Assembly (NCBI GenBank): GCA_038831135.1
Contig: JAWBKW010000001.1
Coordinates: 5,614-69,613 of the forward strand
Origin: Sulfolobales archaeon
GTDB taxonomy: Archaea > Thermoproteota > Thermoprotei_A > Sulfolobales > NBVN01
Length of the DNA stretch: 64,000 nucleotides
Direction: 5' to 3'
Shown: positions 32,778 to 40,469 of the stretch, in pieces
How positions within the stretch are numbered: the first letter of the stretch is position 1
Layout of the letters: each line of letters begins with the position of its first letter
Notes under the pieces: model-generated
Seen by the model: only the letters and a program-made list of their open reading frames with translations
Databases searched by the model: none
What the model was told of the DNA's origin: nothing
Made by a program: the position numbers and the translations under genes

Positions 32778-32782
32778 TAGTA

Positions 32783-33466
32783 TTGGAAGTAATAAGTATA
32801 ATAATAGCTGAAGCTGCGTTAGAGACCGTACCTTCTGAGATTTCAGGGCATCCAGCAGTTATTAGTTCTTCTAAGGTGAGAGGTAAGCATTGGAGTGAGA
32901 TATTACTCGATGTATCTCTCCACTATAGTGCCATGAAAAAACTTCAAAATAGATCTAAGCGTGGAAGACCGGACATAATACACACAACTCTTTTAGAGGT
33001 CCTTTCAAGCCCTCTAAACCTCGAGGGGCATCTTAACTTATACATACACACGGTAAACGACTACGTGATCTTCATAGACCCAACAACTAGGATCCCACGA
33101 AATTATCTTAGATTTGTAGGTTTAATTGAACAATTATTTAAATACGGGCAAGTCCCGCCTCAGAGTGCAAAACCATTAATGAGGATTAAGAATCTCAGTT
33201 ATAGTAACTTGCTTAGAACTCTAGACCGAGATAAAGTAATAGTGCTTAGTGAGGAAGGCGAATACAGGGACTGCGAGACGATATGTAGGTTAGCTCTAAG
33301 GGAGGACCTACCAATAGTTATAGGTGGTTTCCCCCACGGGGACTTCAGGGAGGATATATACGAAAGTGGTAAGTACGTATTCTCAATATATAAGAGATCC
33401 CTTGATACATGGGTAGTATCATCGAGGGTAATGAGTGGTTGTGAAAAGGTACTAGGTATTATATAG
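32783..33466 (+). CDS. nep1: Ribosomal RNA small subunit methyltransferase Nep1 (Emg1, SPOUT class)
   Basis: 227 aa with a TTG start. IIIAEAALETVPSEI...RGRPDIIHTTLLEVLSSPLN...LYIHT...RIPRNYLRFVGLIEQL matches the Nep1 family pattern. Confidence 0.85.
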   Translation: MEVISIIIAEAALETVPSEISGHPAVISSSKVRGKHWSEILLDVSLHYSAMKKLQNRSKRGRPDIIHTTLLEVLSSPLNLEGHLNLYIHTVNDYVIFIDPTTRIPRNYLRFVGLIEQLFKYGQVPPQSAKPLMRIKNLSYSNLLRTLDRDKVIVLSEEGEYRDCETICRLALREDLPIVIGGFPHGDFREDIYESGKYVFSIYKRSLDTWVVSSRVMSGCEKVLGII

Positions 33467-33516
33467 AGAATAAGCTATCTAAGGTAGCCTCATGTGTAGT
33501 AAGGAAACCATTAATA

Positions 33517-33615
33517 TGGTGCCGCGGCCGGGATTTGAACCCGGGTCACGGGCTATCCCTGCAGGAGTTAAGTCTCGAGAGGCCCGCATACTTGACCGGG
33601 CTATACTACCGCGGC
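33517..33615 (-). tRNA. tRNA-Glu (CTC) with a 21-nt canonical (37/38) intron and an encoded CCA
   Basis: The reverse complement reads GCCGCGG-TA-GTATAGCCCGGTCAAGTAT-G-CGGGC-CTCTCG[AGACTTAACTCCTGCAGGGAT]A-GCCCG-TGAC-CCGGG-TTCAAAT-CCCGG-CCGCGGC-A-CCA. Confidence 0.85.
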
Positions 33616-33660
33616 ACCTTTAGAAACTTATTAGAAGTAGCTTTAAAATATTTTTATGCA

Positions 33661-34200
33661 TTACATCTTTTTGAAATTGTAATGTTTCCTATCACCACTA
33701 GGATTGCCATTAGAATCTGTTGAGGTTTGCTGTCGAATTCCCCGGAAGTACAAATGTAGTAAGCGGTATATCACGAAAATCATTGCTAATTGACCCCAAT
33801 CCAAGCTAATTACAGTGTTTTCTGAATGATTAGACGTTAATGTAATTAGTAGTGGGTAGATCAATATAGATACGTCTTTAGTGTTTGAGTAGATCGTTAA
33901 GTAAGTGTAATTAGCTAATATCAAACCCATTGATGCGAATAACATCACATAACGCAAAATCCTAACTTTATGAAAAGGGAAATACAGTAATAAACAGATA
34001 AGGAAGAGGAGAACCGTTGATGCATGAAATAGCATATATATTGTGTAGAAAGAGCCATACATATATAAGTGATAGGTATACGTTAGAGATTTTTGTGAGG
34101 TCATCATTAATGTATAAAAAATCAATGAGAGTGATAAAAGGTAAATAACCAAGGCACCTACGTAGTACGTTAAGTACCACTTACTATTCTGGGAAACCAA
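33661..34200 (-). CDS. Hypothetical polytopic membrane protein
   Basis: 179 aa with about 5 hydrophobic helices. No motif. Confidence 0.4.
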   Translation of the reverse strand: MVSQNSKWYLTYYVGALVIYLLSLSLIFYTLMMTSQKSLTYTYHLYMYGSFYTIYMLFHASTVLLFLICLLLYFPFHKVRILRYVMLFASMGLILANYTYLTIYSNTKDVSILIYPLLITLTSNHSENTVISLDWGQLAMIFVIYRLLHLYFRGIRQQTSTDSNGNPSGDRKHYNFKKM

Positions 34201-34414
34201 CCAACTACACCTAACACGTTCTTGTTTTTAGGTCCTACTATAATAAATATTTTTTATTTATAAATATCATTATATTGACTAATACAATTAACCTAGGTGG
34301 GCCATAGCATTCCTAAGTTTTAAGTACACTAACTTATTCGTTATTTATTCATGAAGTAGGTTTTTCACTTTTCATCAAGTGTTATCCTTATAATTTACAT
34401 AGAGTGTTAATTAT

Positions 34415-34475
34415 TGGAGTGATGAAAAGAGGGTCTAATGAACGGCCGTGATTTAAGCTGGAAATGCTGATTAAA
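34415..34475 (+). ncRNA. C/D box sRNA candidate (2'-O-methylation guide)
   Basis: C box GTGATGA (34419-34425), 12-nt spacer AAAGAGGGTCTA, D' ATGA (34438-34441), 6-nt linker. Then C' GTGATTT (34448-34454), 12-nt spacer AAGCTGGAAATG and D box CTGA (34467-34470). It is intergenic. The RNA ends are approximate. Confidence 0.6.
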
Positions 34476-34489
34476 CCTTAATAAATTAC

Positions 34490-35548
34490 TTAGGCATCCC
34501 TTAAGCTAAATCCGTACTGACTCGTTATAGCTTTAGAACGTTTGATCAGGTCTTCCCTATTTTTCTTGCTTATGTACTTAATTACGTATTTTAATGTATA
34601 ATAAACTGTGAAAAGTGAATGCATGTACATACCTATAAATCCAGCTATCGGGTTACTTAAGCATTTATTTAGGCAGACTTCGTTGGATAGCCTACCAAGC
34701 TTTAAAATCATGTAGAGAGTTGTTGTTAAGATCGATATTAACAATACATAGCCAATAATGTTTGACGCTAACATTAACGAATAGGATACTATTAGATATA
34801 GTGGGTAGAGGGAAAATAAAAACCAAGGCAGGAAATCAGGCGGAACCACCATGTTTAGAAGTAATGCTCCTTGAACTGAACCCAAAATTCTTGCTCTTTG
34901 CCACGACTTAACGCCTTCCCAATCATTAGGCAATGCCACAGTAACTAATGCATTTCTATTATAGCAGAAGTTGATACTCTTTCTTAGGGCTTTTATGCTG
35001 AAATAGAAGTCGTCGCTTCGAACTATTGGTGGGTATGTAGATTTGGAGTATACGGAGGCTTTAACTAATTTATTGTTTCCAGGTGCGTGTTTCTTTCTTA
35101 CGTAGCTGAAGAGGACGTGATAAGCATGATACCAATAGAAGAATTTATCAAATAAATTGTTGCAACGTATTAATGGCTTACCCGAAATTACCTCACATTT
35201 ATCTGGAGATGATAGGATTTGAGTAACGTAATCTTCGGAGTAAACATTTTCCGAATCACCCCATATTATGTATTCGTATCCATTATCTAACGCGTATCTG
35301 ACCGCTTCTAACCTTGCAGGACCTACCCCACCAGGTACTTCTTGAATCCTAAATTTAATACATGAATACTTACTTTGGAACTCGGTAAAAACATCCATCG
35401 ACTCGTCTTTGGAGTTTCCGTCAACAATCAACACATCAAAGCATTCGCATATTTTACAGCCACCGACTTGATTTACTAAACTCTCTAGTACTTTTTTAAG
35501 CCCATCAGCATTATCCTTATTCAATATTACGACTAATATCTTACTCAT
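34490..35548 (-). CDS. Family 2 glycosyltransferase with C-terminal membrane domain
   Basis: 352 aa. GT-A N-terminus (ILVVILNKDNADGLKKVLESLVNQ, VDGNSKDES) and a C-terminal third with several TM helices. Confidence 0.75.
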   Translation of the reverse strand: MSKILVVILNKDNADGLKKVLESLVNQVGGCKICECFDVLIVDGNSKDESMDVFTEFQSKYSCIKFRIQEVPGGVGPARLEAVRYALDNGYEYIIWGDSENVYSEDYVTQILSSPDKCEVISGKPLIRCNNLFDKFFYWYHAYHVLFSYVRKKHAPGNNKLVKASVYSKSTYPPIVRSDDFYFSIKALRKSINFCYNRNALVTVALPNDWEGVKSWQRARILGSVQGALLLNMVVPPDFLPWFLFSLYPLYLIVSYSLMLASNIIGYVLLISILTTTLYMILKLGRLSNEVCLNKCLSNPIAGFIGMYMHSLFTVYYTLKYVIKYISKKNREDLIKRSKAITSQYGFSLRDA

Positions 35549-35687
35549 CTAAGTTTCACTCCTTCCTCAAATCACTTAACTAATTATTGGTGTTTAATAT
35601 TGGAATTATTAAGTAAAAAGCTTATTATCCATAAAAGTTAATTAAAGCCTATAAGCAATTCATCAGTAGTAATTAAGGTGTGATAGG

Positions 35688-36149
35688 ATGGTCGATGTTA
35701 GGGAAGTACCGGCTGATGCCTTCATTAAACACCTAGCTAACTATCTAAAAAGTAACGTACCTTCATTAAAGCCACCTAATTGGGCCTTATATGTTAAGAC
35801 TGGACATTTTAAGACTGGGGTTCCTGAAAATCCAGATTGGTGGTACTTCAGGGCAGCAAGTATTTTAAGGAAGCTCTACATAAATGGGACCCCTGTAGGT
35901 GTTGGTGCTTTTCGAGTCATGTATGGCGGGCTTAAGCGTAGGGGTTCCGCACCTCCACATTTTAAGGAAGCAGCCGCCTCAAATATTAGACACATACTTC
36001 AGCAGTTAGAGGCGGCTGGCTATGTTGCTAGGGTACGTGGTAAGGGGAGGGTTTTAACTCCAAAAGGTATGTCTTTACTTGCACGTATAGCTAATGAAGT
36101 GTTTCAGGAGTCAGTTAAGTTAATACCTGGGCTAGCAAAGTATAGTTAG
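35688..36149 (+). CDS. rps19e: 30S ribosomal protein S19e
   Basis: 153 aa. PDWWYFRAASILRKLY and GGLKRRGSAPPHF are S19e hallmarks. AGGTG lies upstream of the ATG. Confidence 0.9.
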   Translation: MVDVREVPADAFIKHLANYLKSNVPSLKPPNWALYVKTGHFKTGVPENPDWWYFRAASILRKLYINGTPVGVGAFRVMYGGLKRRGSAPPHFKEAAASNIRHILQQLEAAGYVARVRGKGRVLTPKGMSLLARIANEVFQESVKLIPGLAKYS

Positions 36150-36156
36150 AGGTGAT
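36149..36156 (+). promoter_or_regulatory. Shine-Dalgarno GAGGTGAT, 5 nt upstream of the ATT codon at 36162
   Basis: The same 8-mer precedes the EF-1alpha ATG (50550-50557). It overlaps the rps19e stop codon. Confidence 0.6.
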
Positions 36157-36161
36157 TTAGG

Positions 36162-36512
36162 ATTAGTGACTATTATGATGAAGAGTTAGAAGAGCTTAAG
36201 AGGCGGCGTCTAGCCGAAATGATGCGGAGGTCTGAGGGAGCTAGGGAAAGAGAGGAGGAGTTAGCTAGGGAACTCCAAAAACAAGAGGTTTTGAGGAGGG
36301 TTTTAACTCCTGAAGCTCGTGAAAGATTAGCTAATATTAAGTTAGTTAAGCCCGAACTTGCTAAGTCTCTAGAAGACTATTTAGTAAGTCTCACGTTGAG
36401 TGGTCGTTTAAATAAGGTTATTGATGATGAGGAACTAAAGGAAATATTAAGGCAGATCGATGAGAGGAGTAGGAGAGATGTTAGAATAACTGTTAGGAGG
36501 AAAGGGGGCTGA
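36162..36512 (+). CDS. PDCD5/TFAR19-like double-stranded DNA-binding protein; probable ATT start
   Basis: The track ORF starts at the ATG at 36219. The frame is open from the TGA at 36153-36155 and encodes ISDYYDEELEELKRRRLAEMMRR, the conserved acidic N-terminal helix of this family. The ATT at 36162 is the only near-cognate codon behind the SD. Position between rps19e and rpl39e matches the conserved archaeal gene order. Confidence 0.75.
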   Translation: MSDYYDEELEELKRRRLAEMMRRSEGAREREEELARELQKQEVLRRVLTPEARERLANIKLVKPELAKSLEDYLVSLTLSGRLNKVIDDEELKEILRQIDERSRRDVRITVRRKGG

Positions 36513-36515
36513 GGT

Positions 36516-36674
36516 ATGGCTAGGAATAAGCCTCTGGCTAAAAAATTAAGGCTCTGCAGCGAGTTAAAGTCTAACTCAGCTATACCTTTATGGGTAATCC
36601 CAAAGACTTTAAGGAAGTTACGTTTTAGACCTAAGAGGAGGTCTTGGAGGAGGTCTAAATTAGGTAATGTTTGA
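36516..36674 (+). CDS. rpl39e: 50S ribosomal protein L39e (not in the ORF track, 52 aa)
   Basis: Translation [52 protein letters not shown] fits the L39e pattern. GAGGT lies upstream. Confidence 0.85.
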   Translation: MARNKPLAKKLRLCSELKSNSAIPLWVIPKTLRKLRFRPKRRSWRRSKLGNV

Positions 36675-36687
36675 GGGAGGCTAATAT

Positions 36688-36954
36688 ATGAGTGAAGGTA
36701 TATATGTAATTAATTTAGGTAAACTCTACAGGACCGGTAGGTACAGGAGGTTGGCTAGGGCGATCAAAGCTATTAAGGAGTTCATCAGGAGGCATACGAA
36801 GGCCAATGAAGTAATAATCGACAGATCTATAAACGAGTATATATTTAATAGAGCATATGATAAACCCCCTAGTAAAATAGCTGTTAAGATAACTAAGGTT
36901 GACGAAGGTGTTGTTAAGGCATCACTTGCGTTAGAGGTAAGTGGTGCTTCATAG
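36688..36954 (+). CDS. rpl31e: 50S ribosomal protein L31e
   Basis: 88 aa. RLARAIKAIKEFIRRHTK...IDRSINEYIFNRAYDKPPSKIAVK fits L31e. Confidence 0.85.
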   Translation: MSEGIYVINLGKLYRTGRYRRLARAIKAIKEFIRRHTKANEVIIDRSINEYIFNRAYDKPPSKIAVKITKVDEGVVKASLALEVSGAS

Positions 36955-36971
36955 AGTTACGGTAGATTAAG

Positions 36972-37646
36972 ATGACATTAGAGAAGATGAGGATTTTCGG
37001 CAATCCAAATATAGGTGTTTATATCTTTGCAAATAATAAGGTAGCACTTATACCGCCCTTAAGCGATTCTGAGATTAGGAGGAAGTTAATCAGTAATTTA
37101 GGGGTTGAGGTAATCGAGTGTAGAATTGCGGATACTAACCTCATAGGTGTCTTGGTCGCCGGCAATGATAACGGCTTACTATTACCTAGAATAGCTAAGG
37201 ATGACGATGTTGAATACCTGCAAAGTCTAGGATTGAATGTTAGAGTATTATATACTAACTTCACAGCGTTAGGTAATATAGTTCTAAGCAATAATAAGAA
37301 TGCAGTAGTACATCCTGAAATACATGATAGAGATGTTGATGTGATTAAGAAAGTGTTAGGTGTAAGTAATATCGTGAAGAGGGACATAGGTAGGTTCACT
37401 ACCGTTGGTTCTGTTGCTGTAGTTAATGATGTAGGGGGTTTAATACATCCTGATGTAAGTGATAGTGAGATTAAGGAGGTGTCTAAAATACTTGACGTTC
37501 AGTTAGATGTGGGTACAGTAAATTTCGGAGTTGCATTTATTAAGACCGGACTAGTAGCTAATAATTACGGGGCAGTAGTCGGAGAAAGGACTACTGGGCC
37601 CGAAATCATGAGAATAATCAAAGCTCTCAATATAGGTGGTCAGTAA
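36972..37646 (+). CDS. eif6: Translation initiation factor 6 (aIF6)
   Basis: 224 aa with the pentein repeat pattern (GNPNIGVYIFANNKVALIPP, NLIGVLVAGNDNGLLLP, ALGNIVLSNNKNAVVHP, TVGSVAVVNDVGGLIHP). Confidence 0.9.
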   Translation: MTLEKMRIFGNPNIGVYIFANNKVALIPPLSDSEIRRKLISNLGVEVIECRIADTNLIGVLVAGNDNGLLLPRIAKDDDVEYLQSLGLNVRVLYTNFTALGNIVLSNNKNAVVHPEIHDRDVDVIKKVLGVSNIVKRDIGRFTTVGSVAVVNDVGGLIHPDVSDSEIKEVSKILDVQLDVGTVNFGVAFIKTGLVANNYGAVVGERTTGPEIMRIIKALNIGGQ

Positions 37647-37909
37647 TGGGTGAGGTTAGAGTTTACAGGGTCGAGGGGCTGGCCCTCTTCAGCCCGGATA
37701 AAAACAGAAAGTGGCAACCATTCATAATTGATGTAAGAGCATTAAAGTCTGAGGAAGCTGTTGAGAAGGTTTACTCTGATATGGGGAGTAGGCATAAGCT
37801 TAAGAGAAGTCATATAAAGATAGTTAATGTTAGAGAAATAAGTCCTGAAGAAAGTAAGTATAAGTATATCAAGAGTTTGGAATCCTTCACTGGGTGGTCT
37901 GTTGAGTAA
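37646..37909 (+). CDS. rplX: 50S ribosomal protein LX (L18Ae/eL20 homolog)
   Basis: 87 aa. VYRVEG...F...V.A...EEAVEKVYSDMGSRHKLKRSHIKI fits LX. Position between eif6 and pfdA is conserved. Confidence 0.8.
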   Translation: MGEVRVYRVEGLALFSPDKNRKWQPFIIDVRALKSEEAVEKVYSDMGSRHKLKRSHIKIVNVREISPEESKYKYIKSLESFTGWSVE

Positions 37910-38333
37910 GAAAGTTGAGGTAGACTCATTAGTGCTTGAGTTGAGTGAGGTTAGGAAGTACGTAGAGAGATTGCAATCCACAATATCTCAGTTAGCTTCA
38001 GAATTACAAGAAATAAGATTGAGTAGGGCGGCGATAGAGGAATTATTGAATAGGGGTAGTATAGAAACGTTAATTTCACTTGATGGGAGAGGTCATACTT
38101 ACGTTAGGGGCGTTATTAGTGAGGTTAAGTCTGTCGTAGCTCATATAGGTAGTAATTACTATGCTGAGGTAGGTAGCGACTTAGCTATTAAATTGTTGAA
38201 CGATAAGGAAAGCGATGTTCTCCAAGCACTACGTATGGTTGAGGGGGAGTTAAATAAGGTTTTAACTTACTATCAACAACTCCAGGAGACACTGAATAAG
38301 GTTCTCAGGGAGCAGCAGGAAAAGGCTAAATAA
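37902..38333 (+). CDS. pfdA: Prefoldin alpha subunit
   Basis: 143 aa with a TTG start. Two coiled coils flank a beta-hairpin segment (AHIGSNYYAEV). Confidence 0.75.
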   Translation: MSKKVEVDSLVLELSEVRKYVERLQSTISQLASELQEIRLSRAAIEELLNRGSIETLISLDGRGHTYVRGVISEVKSVVAHIGSNYYAEVGSDLAIKLLNDKESDVLQALRMVEGELNKVLTYYQQLQETLNKVLREQQEKAK

Positions 38334-38370
38334 TTTTTAAATGATAGCCTAGAGTGGAAGTGTAGATTCG

Positions 38371-39282
38371 ATGTTTCGGAAGCTTAAGCAGGTATTTAGT
38401 GAAGCTATCGGGAAGTTATCTGAGGCAATATCGACTAAGGAATTAAGTTATGAAGAATTCGAGGAGTTATTCCACGAGTTTGAGGTATCTCTGCTTGAGG
38501 CTGATGTGGCCTACGATATAGTGCAATTAGTTAAGAAGTCTTTAGCTGATGAGATAGTAGGTAATAAAATTAGTAGGTTTTCAGACCCTTCAGAACATGT
38601 CAGGTCTGTTTTCATCAAAGCACTTAGAGAGTTACTTGATAAGGGGGTATATAATGGGGACTTTATATCGGAGATTAAGGCATCTCCTAAGCCATACATT
38701 ATAGTTTTCATGGGCGTTAACGGCGTCGGCAAAACTACAACTATAGCTAAGGTTGCGTATCTTCTAAAAAGCAATGGTATAAGTTCAGTGGTAGTGGCTT
38801 CAGATACGTTTAGGGCAGGTGCTCAGGAACAGCTAGAACTTCACTCTAGCAGGCTTGGAATACCGTTTATAGGCGGTAAATATAGGTCTGATCCGGCGGC
38901 AGTTGCTAAGGATGGTGTTATGTTTGCAACTAAGAATAGGATAGATGTAACTTTGATAGACACTGCTGGCAGGATGCATACCGATGTAGATTTAATGAAT
39001 GAGGTTAAGAAGGTAATTAAGGTTGTGAAGCCGAATATGAAAATACTTATCTTAGATGCTTTAACAGGTAATGATGCAGTAAATCAGGCCACATGGTTCG
39101 ATAGTCAGGTAGGTGTTGACGCAGTAATTCTGACTAAGGCAGATGCGGATGTTAAGGGGGGCTCCGCCTTAAGTATAATTATGTCTTTAGGCAAACCAAT
39201 ACTGTACTTAGGTGTTGGTCAGCGGTATGAGGACCTAATACAGTATAATTCTGAAATATTGCTTAAAAGGATGCTTGATTAA
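38371..39282 (+). CDS. ftsY: Signal recognition particle receptor FtsY
   Basis: 303 aa. SRP GTPase motifs GVNGVGKTTTIAK (G1), DTAGR (G3) and TKADA (G4). Confidence 0.9.
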   Translation: MFRKLKQVFSEAIGKLSEAISTKELSYEEFEELFHEFEVSLLEADVAYDIVQLVKKSLADEIVGNKISRFSDPSEHVRSVFIKALRELLDKGVYNGDFISEIKASPKPYIIVFMGVNGVGKTTTIAKVAYLLKSNGISSVVVASDTFRAGAQEQLELHSSRLGIPFIGGKYRSDPAAVAKDGVMFATKNRIDVTLIDTAGRMHTDVDLMNEVKKVIKVVKPNMKILILDALTGNDAVNQATWFDSQVGVDAVILTKADADVKGGSALSIIMSLGKPILYLGVGQRYEDLIQYNSEILLKRMLD

Positions 39283-39327
39283 AATATACATATAAAATGG
39301 TTAAAAAGATGTAGTTAAGGTGTTGAG

Positions 39328-39507
39328 ATGGACTTTAAAGGTTTGATAGATGCGTGGAGGAAAATACTCGCAATAGCTGAGAAACCTGAACCTAAGGAAT
39401 ATTCACTACTCCTACGCGTAGTGATCTCTGGTTTATTTTTAGTTGGTGTTGTAGGTCTACTAATACATCTCGCATTCTACTTTATTCAAGGTGGTTATGG
39501 TGGATGA
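39328..39507 (+). CDS. secE: Preprotein translocase subunit SecE (Sec61-gamma), 59 aa, not in the ORF track
   Basis: Translation MDFKGLIDAWRKILAIAEKPEPKEYSLLLRVVISGLFLVGVVGLLIHLAFYFIQGGYGG has a single C-terminal TM helix. Position directly upstream of spt5-rpl11 is conserved. AAGGTG lies upstream. Confidence 0.7.
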   Translation: MDFKGLIDAWRKILAIAEKPEPKEYSLLLRVVISGLFLVGVVGLLIHLAFYFIQGGYGG

Positions 39508-39949
39508 AGCTTCTAAGTTCTTCATAGTTAGGACTACAGCTCGTCAGGAACTTAATGCAGCCCTACTGCTTGAGGCAAGGGCTAAAAATATGGGTGAGGG
39601 ATTTTATTCTATAGTTATCCCACCTGATGTGAAGGGATATATAATTCTCGAGGTTAAGGGTCTTCACTTAGTTTACGGATTAATAAAGGATATGAAGCAT
39701 GTTAAGGGTCGAGCCACCGGCTCTATAAGTGTTGAGGAGCTTGAGAGGTTAATTGTTACTAAGCCAGTCATAAGTGAGTTAAAGCCAGGGGACGTTGTTG
39801 AAATTATTTCAGGACCGTTTAAAGGTTTGAAGGCGTCGGTACTTTCCGTTAATGCTCAAAAGAATGAAGTAACGTTAAATATATTAGAGTCATCATATAA
39901 ACTTGAAGCTACGGTACCGGGTGATTACGTAAAACCGGTTAAGAAGTGA
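39491..39949 (+). CDS. spt5: Transcription elongation factor Spt5 (NusG homolog)
   Basis: 152 aa. NGN domain (FFIVRTTARQE) and C-terminal KOW (GDVVEIISGPFKGLKASV). The start is the GTG at 39491 or the ATG at 39497, and it overlaps the secE end. Confidence 0.85.
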   Translation: MVMVDEASKFFIVRTTARQELNAALLLEARAKNMGEGFYSIVIPPDVKGYIILEVKGLHLVYGLIKDMKHVKGRATGSISVEELERLIVTKPVISELKPGDVVEIISGPFKGLKASVLSVNAQKNEVTLNILESSYKLEATVPGDYVKPVKK

Positions 39950-39955
39950 TGAGTC

Positions 39956-40459
39956 ATGAGTGAGAAACTAGTTAGGGTTAAAGTTCAAGGAGGGAAGGCC
40001 TCGCAAGCCCCTCCATTAGGTCCTACCCTAAACCAGTTAGGTGTGAACGTAGGTGAGGTAGTAAGTAAGATTAACGAGTTAACTAAGGACTTTGAGGGGA
40101 TGGAGGTTAACGTTGACATATACGTTAATCCAGTAACTAAGAATTATAGGATTGAGATTAAATCACCTACCACGACCTCACTCCTTCTTAAGTTTGCTGG
40201 TGCGCAACAACCATCAGGGGATCCCTCGCATAAGAAGGTTGGTGATATTAGTTTCGATAAAGTTGTTGAAGTATCGATACTGAAGAGGTACGAGTTGACC
40301 GCTAAGTCCCTCAAATCAGCTGTTAAATCAGTGATATCTACGGCTGGCAGTATAGGTCTCACCATAGGTGGTAAGGACTTTAAGCAGGTCTTGAAGGAAG
40401 TTAATGAAGGCTTATATGATGAAATTCTCAAGAAATACGAGAGTAAGTGGGTAGCTTAA
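39956..40459 (+). CDS. rpl11: 50S ribosomal protein L11
   Basis: 167 aa. VQGGKASQAPPLGPTLNQLGVNVGEV is the L11 N-terminal signature. Confidence 0.9.
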   Translation: MSEKLVRVKVQGGKASQAPPLGPTLNQLGVNVGEVVSKINELTKDFEGMEVNVDIYVNPVTKNYRIEIKSPTTTSLLLKFAGAQQPSGDPSHKKVGDISFDKVVEVSILKRYELTAKSLKSAVKSVISTAGSIGLTIGGKDFKQVLKEVNEGLYDEILKKYESKWVA

Positions 40460-40469
40460 GGTGTGGTAG

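Noticed and set aside
33535-33723. 62-aa plus-strand ORF
   Set aside because: Its first 81 nt are the antisense of tRNA-Glu, so it is an artefact of GC-rich tRNA sequence lacking stops.
37019-37399. Nested antisense ORFs in the track (for example 37019-37399, 2039-2347, 4123-4314, 57551-57934, 44563-44913)
   Set aside because: Each lies wholly inside a strongly supported gene on the opposite strand. Their Ser/Leu/Thr-rich translations are typical of antisense frames.
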